Source: Eledone cirrhosa
Lineage: Eukaryota
Reading direction: 5' to 3'
Assembly (NCBI GenBank): GCA_964016885.1
Contig: OZ024742.1
Coordinates: 5,022,001-5,086,000 of the forward strand
DNA: 64,000 nucleotides
Shown: positions 27,645 to 41,574 of the stretch, one piece after another
Layout: each line of letters starts with the position of its first letter
Position numbering within the stretch: the stretch's first letter is position 1
Program-made: the position numbers and the translations under genes
Notes under the pieces: generated by a model
Database searches by the model: none
Seen by the model: the letters and a program-made list of their open reading frames with translations, nothing else
Told to the model about the DNA's origin: nothing

Positions 27645-28365
27645 CTAAAACCTTCGGCACACATCTCCTCTTAAACCGTACGTTCAAATTTCGGTGAAAT
27701 TGCTACACTTATAGATGAAGGTCCGGCGGAGTTATCGGTCAAAGGTTTTTCAAATCGACCTTCGCCAAGTGTAAAAATCGAATTTGTAATGTATTGATTT
27801 TTCAGTTCAAATGTATAAATAGTGATGAGAGACGAGTTATTTCCCTTTTATGGTGTCATTCTGTCTAATCTATTTACGTTACGAACAAACTACACGTACA
27901 AAAGTACGCGAACAGTTTTCGGGCCAGCAAAATTTTAACCTGCAAAATTCATGAGTTCGAAGTTTCAACATTAAGCTTCCATTTTGCTTCATTTCCATTA
28001 AAAAGTCTTTTAAAACAATATTTCAGCGCATCAGCCTCGCCATCACCCGAGGCAACGCTGTGAGTGTGCTGGCTTGCCTCAAAATTAAAGAGGTTGCCCT
28101 GTACTCGCGACGTTGCTGTCTTTTGCTCTGGTGTTGGCTCCTTTGTTCACCCCTTCTTTTACATTTTCTTTAATATTGTAGCATTGAAGGAATATATCTT
28201 TCATTGCATCATCCTTTGTAGTGTTACCGAGACATTTGTAATGTTATTTATGAATATATTTAAAACATATTTGTTATATTATTCTACTGTAAATTTATTT
28301 ATATGCTTTGTTTATATTTTCATTCTCAAAAATCTATGAAACTACATACATGTTGCAACTCTCTC

Positions 28366-28446
<81 letters not shown>

Positions 28447-29052
28447 GAGGGGGATATGAAAAGAAAGGGAGAGGGGTTGCGAAAGAAAGAAATTTTAGGC
28501 AAAGAATCGCTGCTGTCAACATTAATGGGATCTTCTTAAACTAAAAAATTCAATCTGTGAACGCAGAATTAAATATTTCGAGAAACGTTGCAACCGAAGG
28601 AAAACAGGAAGACGATATTTTGGTTCGTGAAGACGTTCTCTGGCAATGAACGGGAAAAAAGCGAGGATAATACGTCTTTATGTGGACTGAGAAGAATAAT
28701 TTCATGCAAAGACGAGACCAAGTTTATGGTGTAAATGGAGTCGTTAGACTAATATTCTATTTAAAATAACCGAATGATTTCCAGCCCCGGAGTTTAAGAA
28801 TGATGTAAATAAAATCGTAAACGAAAATAACAGAAGTTATTAAAATAGTTGTTTCTACTTTTGGCACAAGGCCAGCAATTACCCAGTACATTACTGATAC
28901 TTTATTTTATCGATCCCGTAATGATGAAAGGCAAAGTTAACCTCGGCGGGATTTTAACTTTGCCTTAAAATAGTAAAAGTAACTAGTGAAGATTTAGGCC
29001 AGTACATACGTATGCGCCGACGGACATACACATACATATACATACGCACACA

Positions 29053-29134
<82 letters not shown>

Positions 29135-29569
29135 TGTGTAAACCTTATGCATTTCTACAGTATTTTCACCAAACTTAAGACATATATACTTATGTACTCC
29201 GGATGGTCATGGGCACTTTCATTTTTCAAAATATTGATTATAGGACCTCCCGGCAGATAACCCCCTTTAACCTCTTTCTTGGAGTCGACTGAAGCACTGC
29301 AGTGCAATGCAACAAAACGTGATAACTTCTGGAGTTCGCAACCGATTTTCACAAAACTTGACACATGGGCTACGTTCGTTCTACAGATGAATGTGAACTC
29401 TCAGAATTGGCACATATTGAGTAGGGGACTCCTGGGGGCAGGAACCTCCTTTTGGAAAAAGCCGATGATTTTGTAAAAGTATAGTTTTCCAAGCAGCACT
29501 GATGTATTGACATAAATGGTATACATAACTGGTATTTAATACCCGAGCAACGCCGGGTACCTCTGCAAG
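27585..29569 (+). mobile_element. Composite non-autonomous Helitron-like element
   Basis: 5' A|TCTATATATATAAAA plus (GTCT)n; 3' hairpin cccgagcaacgccggg near a degenerate CTAG. Its 5' part resembles 59179 onward. Boundaries may join nested pieces. Confidence 0.6.
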
Positions 29570-29712
29570 TGTAAAATAAAATAATTAAGTCAAATATTTA
29601 AAATTTGTTCCTCAGAGAAATAACAACCCAACCAGGAGCTGGACATATCGGAGTATTGACAGAGTAAAACACTTTAACAACATGTGTACCTGTTTCTACC
29701 ACACCAATTCGG

Positions 29713-29767
29713 ACTGCTTGAAGAGGTCACAGCCAATGATGGCTGTCACCGAAATATATATAGCAGT
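29713..29767 (+). ncRNA. Minimal type I hammerhead ribozyme motif (core variant UUGAAGA)
   Basis: actgc-TTGAAGA-ggtcacagcca atga tggctgtcacc-GAAA-tatatata-gcagt. Confidence 0.75.
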
Positions 29768-29816
29768 ACATCTTTAATAAACGAAGCCAAATTTTAAATA
29801 TTTGACTTAATTATTT

Positions 29817-29912
<96 letters not shown>

Positions 29913-30133
29913 GGATATTCTAATAATATATATATATATATATATATAACGAAGGAAGTGTGGTAAGAAACCAGATGGACCATAACGCACCAGAGTACTC
30001 AATACTTAGGGTAGTAGAGTGGGTAATATGAAAATGTTTAACCCTGACGGCAGAGCTCAAGCCAGAAATAGCCGTCGAAACGTCTTGAGCTCTGCCGTCG
30101 GGGTTAAACATTTTCATATATATATATATATAT

Positions 30134-30186
<53 letters not shown>

Positions 30187-30280
30187 CGAAGTAATTCCGT
30201 CGGAAAGGTCCAGGAAAAAAGAGTGCTCTATGTAGGTTACAGAGCTTAATAGTTATGTAATAAACAACATAAGGCAATTA

Positions 30281-30338
30281 TTTCATTTACCAGTTTCTTG
30301 AAAGCAAACAAATTTTGCTTTCAATCATCAGAATGAAA
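30281..30338 (-). ncRNA. Hammerhead ribozyme motif, left arm of the 30250-30495 foldback
   Basis: Reverse strand: tttcatt-CTGATGA-ttgaaagcaaa...tttgctttcaa-GAAA-ctgGTA-aatgaaa. Confidence 0.75.
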
Positions 30339-30403
30339 AAATCCTGGTGTATTTATTGACATTGGATTTTAAATATCCAATGTCAATAAATACACCAGGA
30401 TTT

Positions 30404-30464
30404 TTTCATTCTGATGATTGAAAGCAAAATTTGTTTGCTTTCAAGAAACCACTGGTAACTGAAA
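30404..30464 (+). ncRNA. Hammerhead ribozyme motif, right arm of the 30250-30495 foldback
   Basis: tttcatt-CTGATGA-ttgaaagcaaa...tttgctttcaa-GAAA-ccactgGTA-actgaaa. Confidence 0.8.
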
Positions 30465-31310
30465 TAATTGCCTTATGTTGTTTATTACATAACTATATAT
30501 ATATAAATATATATATACTAAATGGCCCGTCCAGCTGGCGCCCGGCTAGGAATACCGGCATTCTATCTTTTCAGGAATTCCCCTTCCACTCTAATGCAAA
30601 GATATCGCACGCCTTCTCAAGTCTGCGAAGTTGGGGTTGGGGTTGGGAGGTTGGTGGGGGTTAACGTGCTCTGATGTTGGGTTTGAATAGTTTTTAGGAT
30701 TCCCCTGTTCAGCAGCCAGTACATTAAAGAAAATTGATATTTACAGCAATATAGGCTGAACAGAGAACACATTTTTTAACAAACAATAATTTGCACAACC
30801 ATAATGGAAATTCCAAGTAACAGAAAATATTTAAATTACATTGTTAGAGCCTCAGAGTATACAATATTTTTTGTTCGGCCCTCCGCAGCAAAGATGAAGC
30901 GATTGTTTGGCAAGCTCACCCTAGAGCATCCTACATAAAATTGACCATGGGAGAAGCATGGTTTTACCAGATGAAGGCCAGCCACTTTTAGGGTTTGACC
31001 CTGAGCTTTGTTGATTGTAATCGCGAAGCTTAGTCTTATTAGAAACTGAAGTCGCTTAACATGTCCTGTAACTGGCGAAAGATTTCAAGTCTGGTTCCTG
31101 GGATGGCCCGATGGCGACGTATCGCTTGTTAATCTGTATCTCCAATGAAGAAGATTTGCAAAATCTTGTGGTCTTCGTCTGTCAGAGGTAGGAGACTTCC
31201 AATCGTATGGTACACTTGGCCCTGTATTTTAAATGTGGGCATGTATCCGTGCTTTCATGAAATAAATAGGTTTTTGTTTTTGTGTATGCAAAAATATCTG
31301 TATACGAATA

Positions 31311-31561
31311 TCTATATATCAAAAAGAGAGAATGTCTGTCTGTCTGTCTGTCTGACTCCCTAAAACTCGAGAACAACCCAACCGATTGTTTTCACACTTT
31401 ACACATGTAATTTTCAATGGCCCAGGGACCGCATTAGGCGATTTAGCGATCTCTCTCTATAATTCTTAGTCTTTCTTTTTAGATAGATACATAGATATAA
31501 CGTTGCGTCCTTATAATATCTGTCTGTATGTCTGGCAGTCTGCATTAGGACATTATGACGC

Positions 31562-31656
<95 letters not shown>

Positions 31657-31798
31657 ATGTATATATAGTGTGTGTATATATATATAGTGTGTAACGTTTT
31701 TCGAAATATTTACTTCTGCATTCACAGATTGATTTTTATAGTTTCAGAAGATCCCGTTAAGGGTGAAAGTAGCGATTCTTTGCTTAAACTTTAATATG

Positions 31799-31853
<55 letters not shown>

Positions 31854-31999
31854 TATATTCGCGTACAGATATTTTTGCATACACAATAACAAAATATAAA
31901 CAAACGTATTTATTTCACGAGGCTCGATAAGGATAAATATATATCAAATATATAAGAACCCTAGAGCAAATCCCGAGCAACGCCGGGCCATTCTGCTAG
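31311..31999 (+). mobile_element. Non-autonomous Helitron-like element
   Basis: A|TC 5' end with (GTCT)n; 3' cccgagcaacgccggg hairpin and CTAG|T. Homologous pieces at 28490-28620, 32010-32210, 48790-48940, 54200-54718 and 55805-55875. Confidence 0.75.
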
Positions 32000-32493
32000 T
32001 ATATTTTAAAATAAAAGATTAAAGTTTAAGCAAAGAATCGCTGCTTTCACCCTTAACGGGATCTTCTGAAACTAAAGAATTCAATCGGTGAACGCAGAAG
32101 TAAATATTTCGAAAAACGTTATCTAATGCAGACAGCCATACATACAGAGACATATTATAAGGGCGCGACGTCATAGCTATGTATCTATCTAAAAAGATAG
32201 ACCTAGGAAAAGTGCGGAATGTCGTATAACCCGAAGTGTTGATATTTGAAATTTTAAAGAAGTGAATATTTAAATAATGTCTTTAATCTTTTAACAAAAT
32301 TCAGTAGACAAAAATACCCTCACTTTTTTACTTGGAAAAAATTACATCTATTGTGCACAATATAATATAATATAAAGCTGACGGCCGTATGTATGTAACA
32401 AACTTTTCGCCATACGGCTGGACCAAACAGCACCAAATGTGCACCATAGATGTAACTTTTTCCAAGTTAAAAGGTAAGGGTATTTTTGTGTGC

Positions 32494-32583
<90 letters not shown>

Positions 32584-32679
32584 TATATATGTAATATATA
32601 TATAATATATATATATGTCCCAAGGCTCTGATACAATCAGCACCATAAACACAGAGCTGGCATATCTAAGAACTGACTA

Positions 32680-32735
32680 ACTGCCTGATGAGGTCATAGC
32701 CATTCAATGGCTATCATCGAAATATATATAGCAGT
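32680..32735 (+). ncRNA. Minimal type I hammerhead ribozyme motif (canonical core)
   Basis: actgc-CTGATGA-ggtcatagccat tca atggctatcatc-GAAA-tatatata-gcagt. Confidence 0.85.
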
Positions 32736-32963
32736 AAATAAAGGATTATGAGTTCATGCAATTGTCTTATGTTTCGTCACTATATATATATAGAGAGATA
32801 TATTCGATATGTCTCATATGAAATAATACACCCAATTTTCCACGCAATACTTTTAGTTACCACCCCGAACGCTTAATTAGGAATATAATCACTTATTTCC
32901 TAATGTTTGTTGAGTGAGTTGGAATTTGGTCGCAGTATCGCTAAAAACCTTTCTCCGATATTG

Positions 32964-33915
<952 letters not shown>

Positions 33916-34059
33916 TCTCGGGAATTTTACCCTCCCTAGAAAATATATATATATAGAGAGAGAGATTTTTCTTACTGGTAATAAGGTAGTAATGAATTAC
34001 TGACCTTTCCTGTTTATAATTATATATAGTGTATATATAAGTATAAATAATATTATTAT

Positions 34060-34099
<40 letters not shown>

Positions 34100-34155
34100 A
34101 AAAGATAAAAAGGACGATTGGTTACTCCTTCATTACATTTATTGGTAGGTGACGT

Positions 34156-34262
<107 letters not shown>

Positions 34263-35221
34263 AATATACATATTGCATACATATGATTGCTGCAACTCGA
34301 TTTCGGGTAATCCTATCACTTGATACTTAAGCATGTCCATGACGGACGTTGCTTTTTAGTCCTGCTAGGGACTTGCCTATGCCCAGTAATACTATGCATC
34401 GCAAAAGATGTCCCATATCAAGCGATGCCTAAGCTTGAAGCTTTCTTAAGTAAGTAAATGCTTTGCACGGGACCAATCCCACTCTCTGAACATCGAATGC
34501 ATTTACCAAAAGAGAAGAACTAGTCTACATCATTGAATGCAAAGTCGCAGGTTTTATATCAGAGTAACCTTCTAGAGAGATGTTTTAATGAAAACTAGGG
34601 GTCTCTCGCTCCACAAAAAAAACTTTATTTTATAGCCATTGACTCTCCTGAGTTTCTCCGCCCTTCGACAGGTTTGGTTTTTCATCCCGCCGGGTGTCCA
34701 AACTCACCCTCCTAGCCTTGGTGTGGTTGCCGGTTTAGTCGCCGACGATTCTCATAGAAATACACTAGAGGCTACATAGATTTTGCGAGATGAACATTTG
34801 CTGGAGATGTTTTCTATTTGCTATATGCAAATGAACATTAACCGAAGGATGAAGAATCTTTATAATATATATATATATATATATATAATATCATTCCAAA
34901 TATTAATAAATGAGAAATATTATCATAACCAAAGTATATATTTTATTATGCATATTTCAAAGGTACAATGGTGTTTCAGTACGTTTTCATCAGATAAAAT
35001 ATATAAGAGATTGGTTATACGACATACCCCTAAGGTCTTGAACCTTCAATCCTCTAGTGGTAGGAAGTTATTTCCCCAACACTCAACATATGATAAACTT
35101 AGAGAAGAAGACGTAAAGCAACATAGATACTCCAGATAAATATTTGTCGAATGCTTCTAATCTATTGTAAAATTGTAAAATTGAATTCGTTGAATAATCA
35201 ACGAACCATATAAACTTTTCG

Positions 35222-35343
<122 letters not shown>

Positions 35344-35395
35344 TTAAATTCAACATACGGTATATTGCCAAATACACTATACATACATTCATATG

Positions 35396-35442
<47 letters not shown>

Positions 35443-35443
35443 G

Positions 35444-35511
<68 letters not shown>

Positions 35512-35683
35512 TATAAAGAATTAGTATATCTACCAGCATGTTTATACAGAAGTATACTTATGCTAGCAAAGATATACGTTTTGTGTTAGTAACTTTGTGG
35601 TTCAATACAAAGAGATGCAGAACAATTATATAAAAGACGTAAAATAAGAAAATTATAGTAATTAACACACTTACTTAAATTTC

Positions 35684-35765
35684 ACTCCAACTAATTAGTT
35701 TCTGAAAGGGGATATACATAGTCTCCAAATGGAGACCATGGAGAATCCTTTCTTCACCAGGGAGT
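35684..35765 (-). ncRNA. Hammerhead motif with a mutated core (CUGGUGA), left arm of the 35629-36081 foldback
   Basis: Reverse-complement copy of 35947-36028. Confidence 0.55.
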
Positions 35766-35946
35766 AATTCTCGGCTAAGATTCCTGGCGATTCGCGGACA
35801 CAGGGGCCGAATACAAAAATTATTCAGTGGATGGAAAAAAGCTAGCATTGACTAAATCCCAAGCCATTGAAAACTTCACTGCCTTCCTGGTCAGTGGCAA
35901 ATTCAAAAGAATCAATCACGTGACATCGAGGTTAATCAGTGAGGAG

Positions 35947-36028
35947 ACTCCCTGACGAAGAAAGTATTCTCCATGGTCTCCATTTGGAGACTATGCATAT
36001 CCCCTTTCAGAAACTAATTAGTTGGAGT
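35947..36028 (+). ncRNA. Hammerhead ribozyme motif with an extended stem II and palindromic stem III
   Basis: actcc-CTGACGA-agaaag...(gtctcca ttt ggagac)...cctttca-GAAA-ctaattaGTT-ggagt. Confidence 0.7.
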
Positions 36029-36075
36029 GAAATTTAAGTAAGTGTGTTAATTACTATAATTTTCTTATTTTACGT

Positions 36076-36162
<87 letters not shown>

Positions 36163-36433
36163 ATATATAATGATATACATTATATAATGATATACATTAT
36201 ATCAGATATACATTATATCTGATATACATTATATCAAATCCCGCCGATGTTAACTTTACCTTTCATCCTTATGGGGTCAATAAAATAAAGTACCAGTAAT
36301 ACACTGGTTAATTGCGGGCCTTGTGCCAATAGTAGAAACAATTCTATATATATATAGAGAGAGAGCGTGAAACTAATAAACCTTTGTTTGTACTGTTTCT
36401 CTGTTTTGTTCCCGTTCCATTTTTCACTATATG

Positions 36434-36562
<129 letters not shown>

Positions 36563-36893
36563 CGCGATAGAGAGAGAGAGAGAGAGATTTATAGGGCTTA
36601 TTCACGTGACATTCAACAACCAACCAAATCTTAATACCTCTGGAGCCACTTTTTTCACATAAAACAGGAAGCATTTCCAAAACTGATCAGATTAGAGTAA
36701 AATTCAAGAGCGCTCTATCTCAAAATTATTTTTGAAAAGCATTAGAAATACGCAACCGGTAAAACCTTAAAACTAAAACTGAATAGTAACTAATACTTAT
36801 TACTAATTTATACTTATTCCTAATTAGACTATTTTTCACTGGGAAAAATTTGTCACCATTTTCTTTTCCTTTTTACTAATATATATATATATT

Positions 36894-37600
<707 letters not shown>

Positions 37601-37875
37601 CGGCCTCAATAACTTTTTGAGGGCATTGTTTGTATTTAAACGCACGCTAATGGAAGTAACTCTGAGTAAGTTATTGTTGTAGTTTTGGCTGCGGCGGCGA
37701 TGGCGGCGTTGGTGGCGTTGGCGACGGTAACACTGTTGATATGTCACCGCTGCCATAACTACCAACGTTATTTTTTCTAAACTCAAAAGAGCGTTAAATA
37801 TAAGTTTGAAAGCAAAGGCAATGAAGAGGAATTCCAGCTAGAACTTGTCAACAAACTCTCCATACGGTATAAATC

Positions 37876-38162
37876 AGTCATGGGCAACATGCGGCCCGCG
37901 AAGTTTTCAGAATGGCTCGCCTAAGTCACCTAAGTGAAATCTTTCTGATTTTTCTACCCAAACTTTTCAGTCATAATATATCTTTCTATCATTTTTACGA
38001 TCGAGCAAAACAACATGTACGAATTCTGAAGAAACAAATCGAAACAACCTGAGTTACCATGCTTTTTTATGTCGGCACGAATATAAATTAGTGCTTCCGG
38101 CCCGCCTGATGATTAGCCATATCTCAGGCCGCCCGCATCTCGAAAAAGGTTGCCCATGCCTC
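37876..38162. mobile_element. MITE, hAT-like
   Basis: Terminal inverted repeat catgggcaac / gttgcccatg with subterminal gcggcccgc motifs. Confidence 0.6.
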
Positions 38163-38379
38163 GTATGAATCTACAAGCCTCCGATATCCCAATGGCTAAC
38201 TATCAGCAGAAGGGCACCAAAGATACAGCATCCCCCCTCCCCTTAAGAGGTAAAGGCCCTAAGTACCGACTTGGGGACTGTTTCTTCTTTCAAGACCTTC
38301 TGCTATCCAGCTCTCCTGAGAGTTTCTTACCACTATCTATATAATTATACATATATTTGAGGTATGCTTATCTCTCTCG

Positions 38380-38526
<147 letters not shown>

Positions 38527-38539
38527 TATATATATATAT

Positions 38540-40172
38540 GGTGAAAAATTGAACGGGAACAAAACAGAGAGGCAGTACGAACAAAGGTTTATTAGTTTCA
38601 CGCTCTTGAGAGTGGGTTGGTGGTGGGGAACGACGTTTCGGGCATAAGCCCTTCTTCGGGCGAAAAGTGTGTGGGAAGAGAGTTCCAAGGGTGTGTAGGG
38701 GAGTGGGGGAGAGACATTTAGAAAAAGGGGGTGAGAGGAAACGGTACAAATGAAAATAAATATAAAAGCATAATAAAAATAAAAATAAACATGAAGTTAA
38801 ACTAGTGGTGTAAGGGTGTGGGGCGTGTAGGGGTGGTGGCGGGTGGAGTGGGGAGAGGGAGGCAAGGTGTCCGAGCGGCGAGGGCTGAAGGTGGTGTGTG
38901 TGTGTGTGTGTGTGAATGTGAGAGTTGGAGGTAGAACGAGGTTGCATGTTCAGGAAAAGGTGTGTGTGGGGTGGGGTGTAGGTCGGTGTGTGTGTGCGTG
39001 TGTGGATGGGGAGGGGGGAGAGATGTTGGAGAGGGGGTGAGAGGATTCCTGAGGCTGAGTGTGTAAATATGTGGTGGTACGCACGTGTGTGTGTTGTTTA
39101 TACGTATTGTGGATGTTGGTGGCGTGTGGGAAAAATGTTTGGGTGAGTGTATGTCCGTGGGTAAGTTCCTAAGGTAGTTCCGTTGAGGATGTGGCGGGAC
39201 GCTGGATAATTTCCTTGTGATGGAGTTGATTCGTGGGAGCGATGTCCAATGTGTGTAATCCGTGGTTGGGTTGGGTTGGTCGGAAGAGGGGAGATGTGGG
39301 GTGCGCGCGCAACAGGAAGTGGTCAGAGGGTCAAGGCAGGAGGAGGGTTGTGTGTCTGTGTGTGCGGAGAGGTGGTCAGAGATTCAGGTCATAGCAGCAG
39401 TAAGGGAGAATGGCAGGTGGAGAAAGTCGGTGTGTCAGTGTGTGCGGAGGTGCGGTGGACAGGGGAGAGGATGGGTAGCTGTGGAAGGTGGGGTGGGGAA
39501 GGGGTGTGGGTGGAGCGGGGAGAGGGAGGGGGAGAGAAAGGTGTGGGGCCGGTGGAGGAAGTGTAGTGTACTGGTGTGTGTGTGCGTGTTTGGATGAGTG
39601 TGTGGGGTGAAGGGGTGTTAGTGGGTGTTACTATACTGGTGGTGGGGAAAGGGTTGAATGCGGGTGTTAGTGGGGGTCAGTGGTGGTAGGGTGTGTAGAG
39701 TGGGTGGTGTAAGTGGGTGTGTGTGTTCGTGTGCGTGGGGTCTGGGGGATGTTAGTGGTATTAGTTGTGGGGTAGTGGGAGTGGATGTGTGGGTGAGGGT
39801 TAGTGGTGGTAGTAGGGTGTGTGGTTAGTGTGAGTGCGTGTATATATGTACCGGTGGGTGTGTGCGTAATAAGGGGAGGGGGAGAAGAAAGGATGTTAGT
39901 ATTGTTAGTTGTGGGGTGGGCGGTGAAAAGGAGGAGTGTGTTAGTGGTGTTAGTGGGGGATATGTGTGTGTGGGGGGCAGGGGGGGTCGAGGGCTAAAGG
40001 AATAGGGGGGTCTGTAGGGTGAAGATGGTGCGTTGTTCGACCCTGAGGAGGGTGGCGGGTGTTCTGTGGCATTGGAGTAGGCCACAGACTGTGAGATGGT
40101 GCGCGGAATGTCCAGGGGAGCCAAAGTGGCGGGCGATGGGGGAACTACCGCCGAGACGAATATCCCGGAGGT
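38540..40172 (-). mobile_element. 5'-truncated Penelope-like element: GIY-YIG C-terminus, long CA-rich 3' UTR and a degenerate HHR
   Basis: HLRDIRLGGSSPIARHFGSPGHS...EQRTIFTLQT. At 38630-38663 (minus): CCGAAGA-agggc ttat gccc-GAAA-cGTC. The tail is also present at 36360-36430. Confidence 0.75.
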
Positions 40173-40418
40173 GTATATATATATATGTGTGTGTGTTTGT
40201 GTATGTGTGTGTGTATGTGTGTGTGTGTATTTGTGTGTTTGTGTTTGTGCTTATATAAATATATGTATACACATGTATATATATATACACATATATGTAG
40301 GCATGTAAACATGCTAGTAAATACGAATTTCTCATTGTGTGTGGGGGTGCATTTCGCAGATGCATAACGATGAGAATGCCGAAAAACCACCGTTTTTCTT
40401 CAAGCCAAATATTTTACG

Positions 40419-40522
40419 ATATTTCTCCCGCCCATATTAGTATTTCTCCCGCCCATATTAGTATTTCTCCCGCTCATATTAGTATTTGTCCCGCCCATAT
40501 TAGTATTTGTCCCGCCCATATT
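40419..40522. repeat. 21-bp minisatellite, about 5 copies
   Basis: Unit attt(c/g)tcccgcccatattagt. Confidence 0.9.
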
Positions 40523-41574
40523 TGTAACACTCCCTTGTCATCCCAACTCTAACCCTTGTGTACATTACTCAGTAGGAAGCCTAAAACTAACGACATTATT
40601 GTTCAACATTTGCGTTATCAAATAAAATAACTGTCCCCGCAGCTCTACAGTCCAATGACTGAAACCAGTAAAAGAATAAAAAATATAGTTTAGGGATAAT
40701 CAGATTGGTTGGAGTTTAGAATTCAATTAAACATGTAAATGCAGATTTGCTAAGTAAATATTCGATTAGATTATTCTATTGAATAATCAATGCAATGGTT
40801 TATCTATATTTTTCATTGTTTAAGGATGTTTAAAATCATTATATTTTTTTTTTCTAAAGTTGCATAATCGATTGATTGAACGGCCTCGATTTCATCACAA
40901 ACTAGAGATATATGCAGATCTTGTGTAATATGTAAATTAGATTCCCTCTCTTAAGTTCTTTCACTGATACGTTTGTCACGTTATATCTTAAGAATAAATA
41001 TATTCCTAAGTGTTTACGAAATCAGACTCTACTCTCTCATTCTGTCTTTCTTTCTTTCATCACATTGATTGATTTACATAAAATTTAAATCGTTTATCAC
41101 TTGACACTCTCCCGCTATACGTTAATTCCCAAACGAAACTGTTTAAAAAAGATAGAATATTGTTGGGAATGAAAGCTAGCGTTTTCTTAAAGATGAAAAA
41201 AATAAAACAACTTTTGAGATTCAAAGTAAAATATATAGCTAGAGAAAGAGTACTCCCAAATCGATTTTAGATTAGCAATAATAAGTAATGTTTCCCGTTC
41301 TTCTAGATAAGATTTTAGCTATAATCATATCGAACCAGCGAGTGCGGCTGCAGCCCATTGATCTACTAGATATAGAAGTCAAATTTCCTTCAAAATACAC
41401 CGCAACATCTTTGTTTTATATAAACAAAAATGAAAGTAAATATTACATAGTGTATTTATATATACAAAAATATTTGATAATCTTAGATACCTCCAGAAAA
41501 TTGTTGATCTCGTGCCTTAATCAGAAACCATTATAGGCTTGCTCACGCAGTTTACAATTGTAGGCAACTTCCGG

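Noticed and set aside
41077-41138. Possible small minus-strand host exon (FVWELTYSGRVSSDKRFKFY)
   Set aside because: Weak donor, phases incompatible with the flanking candidate exons, and no recognisable motif.
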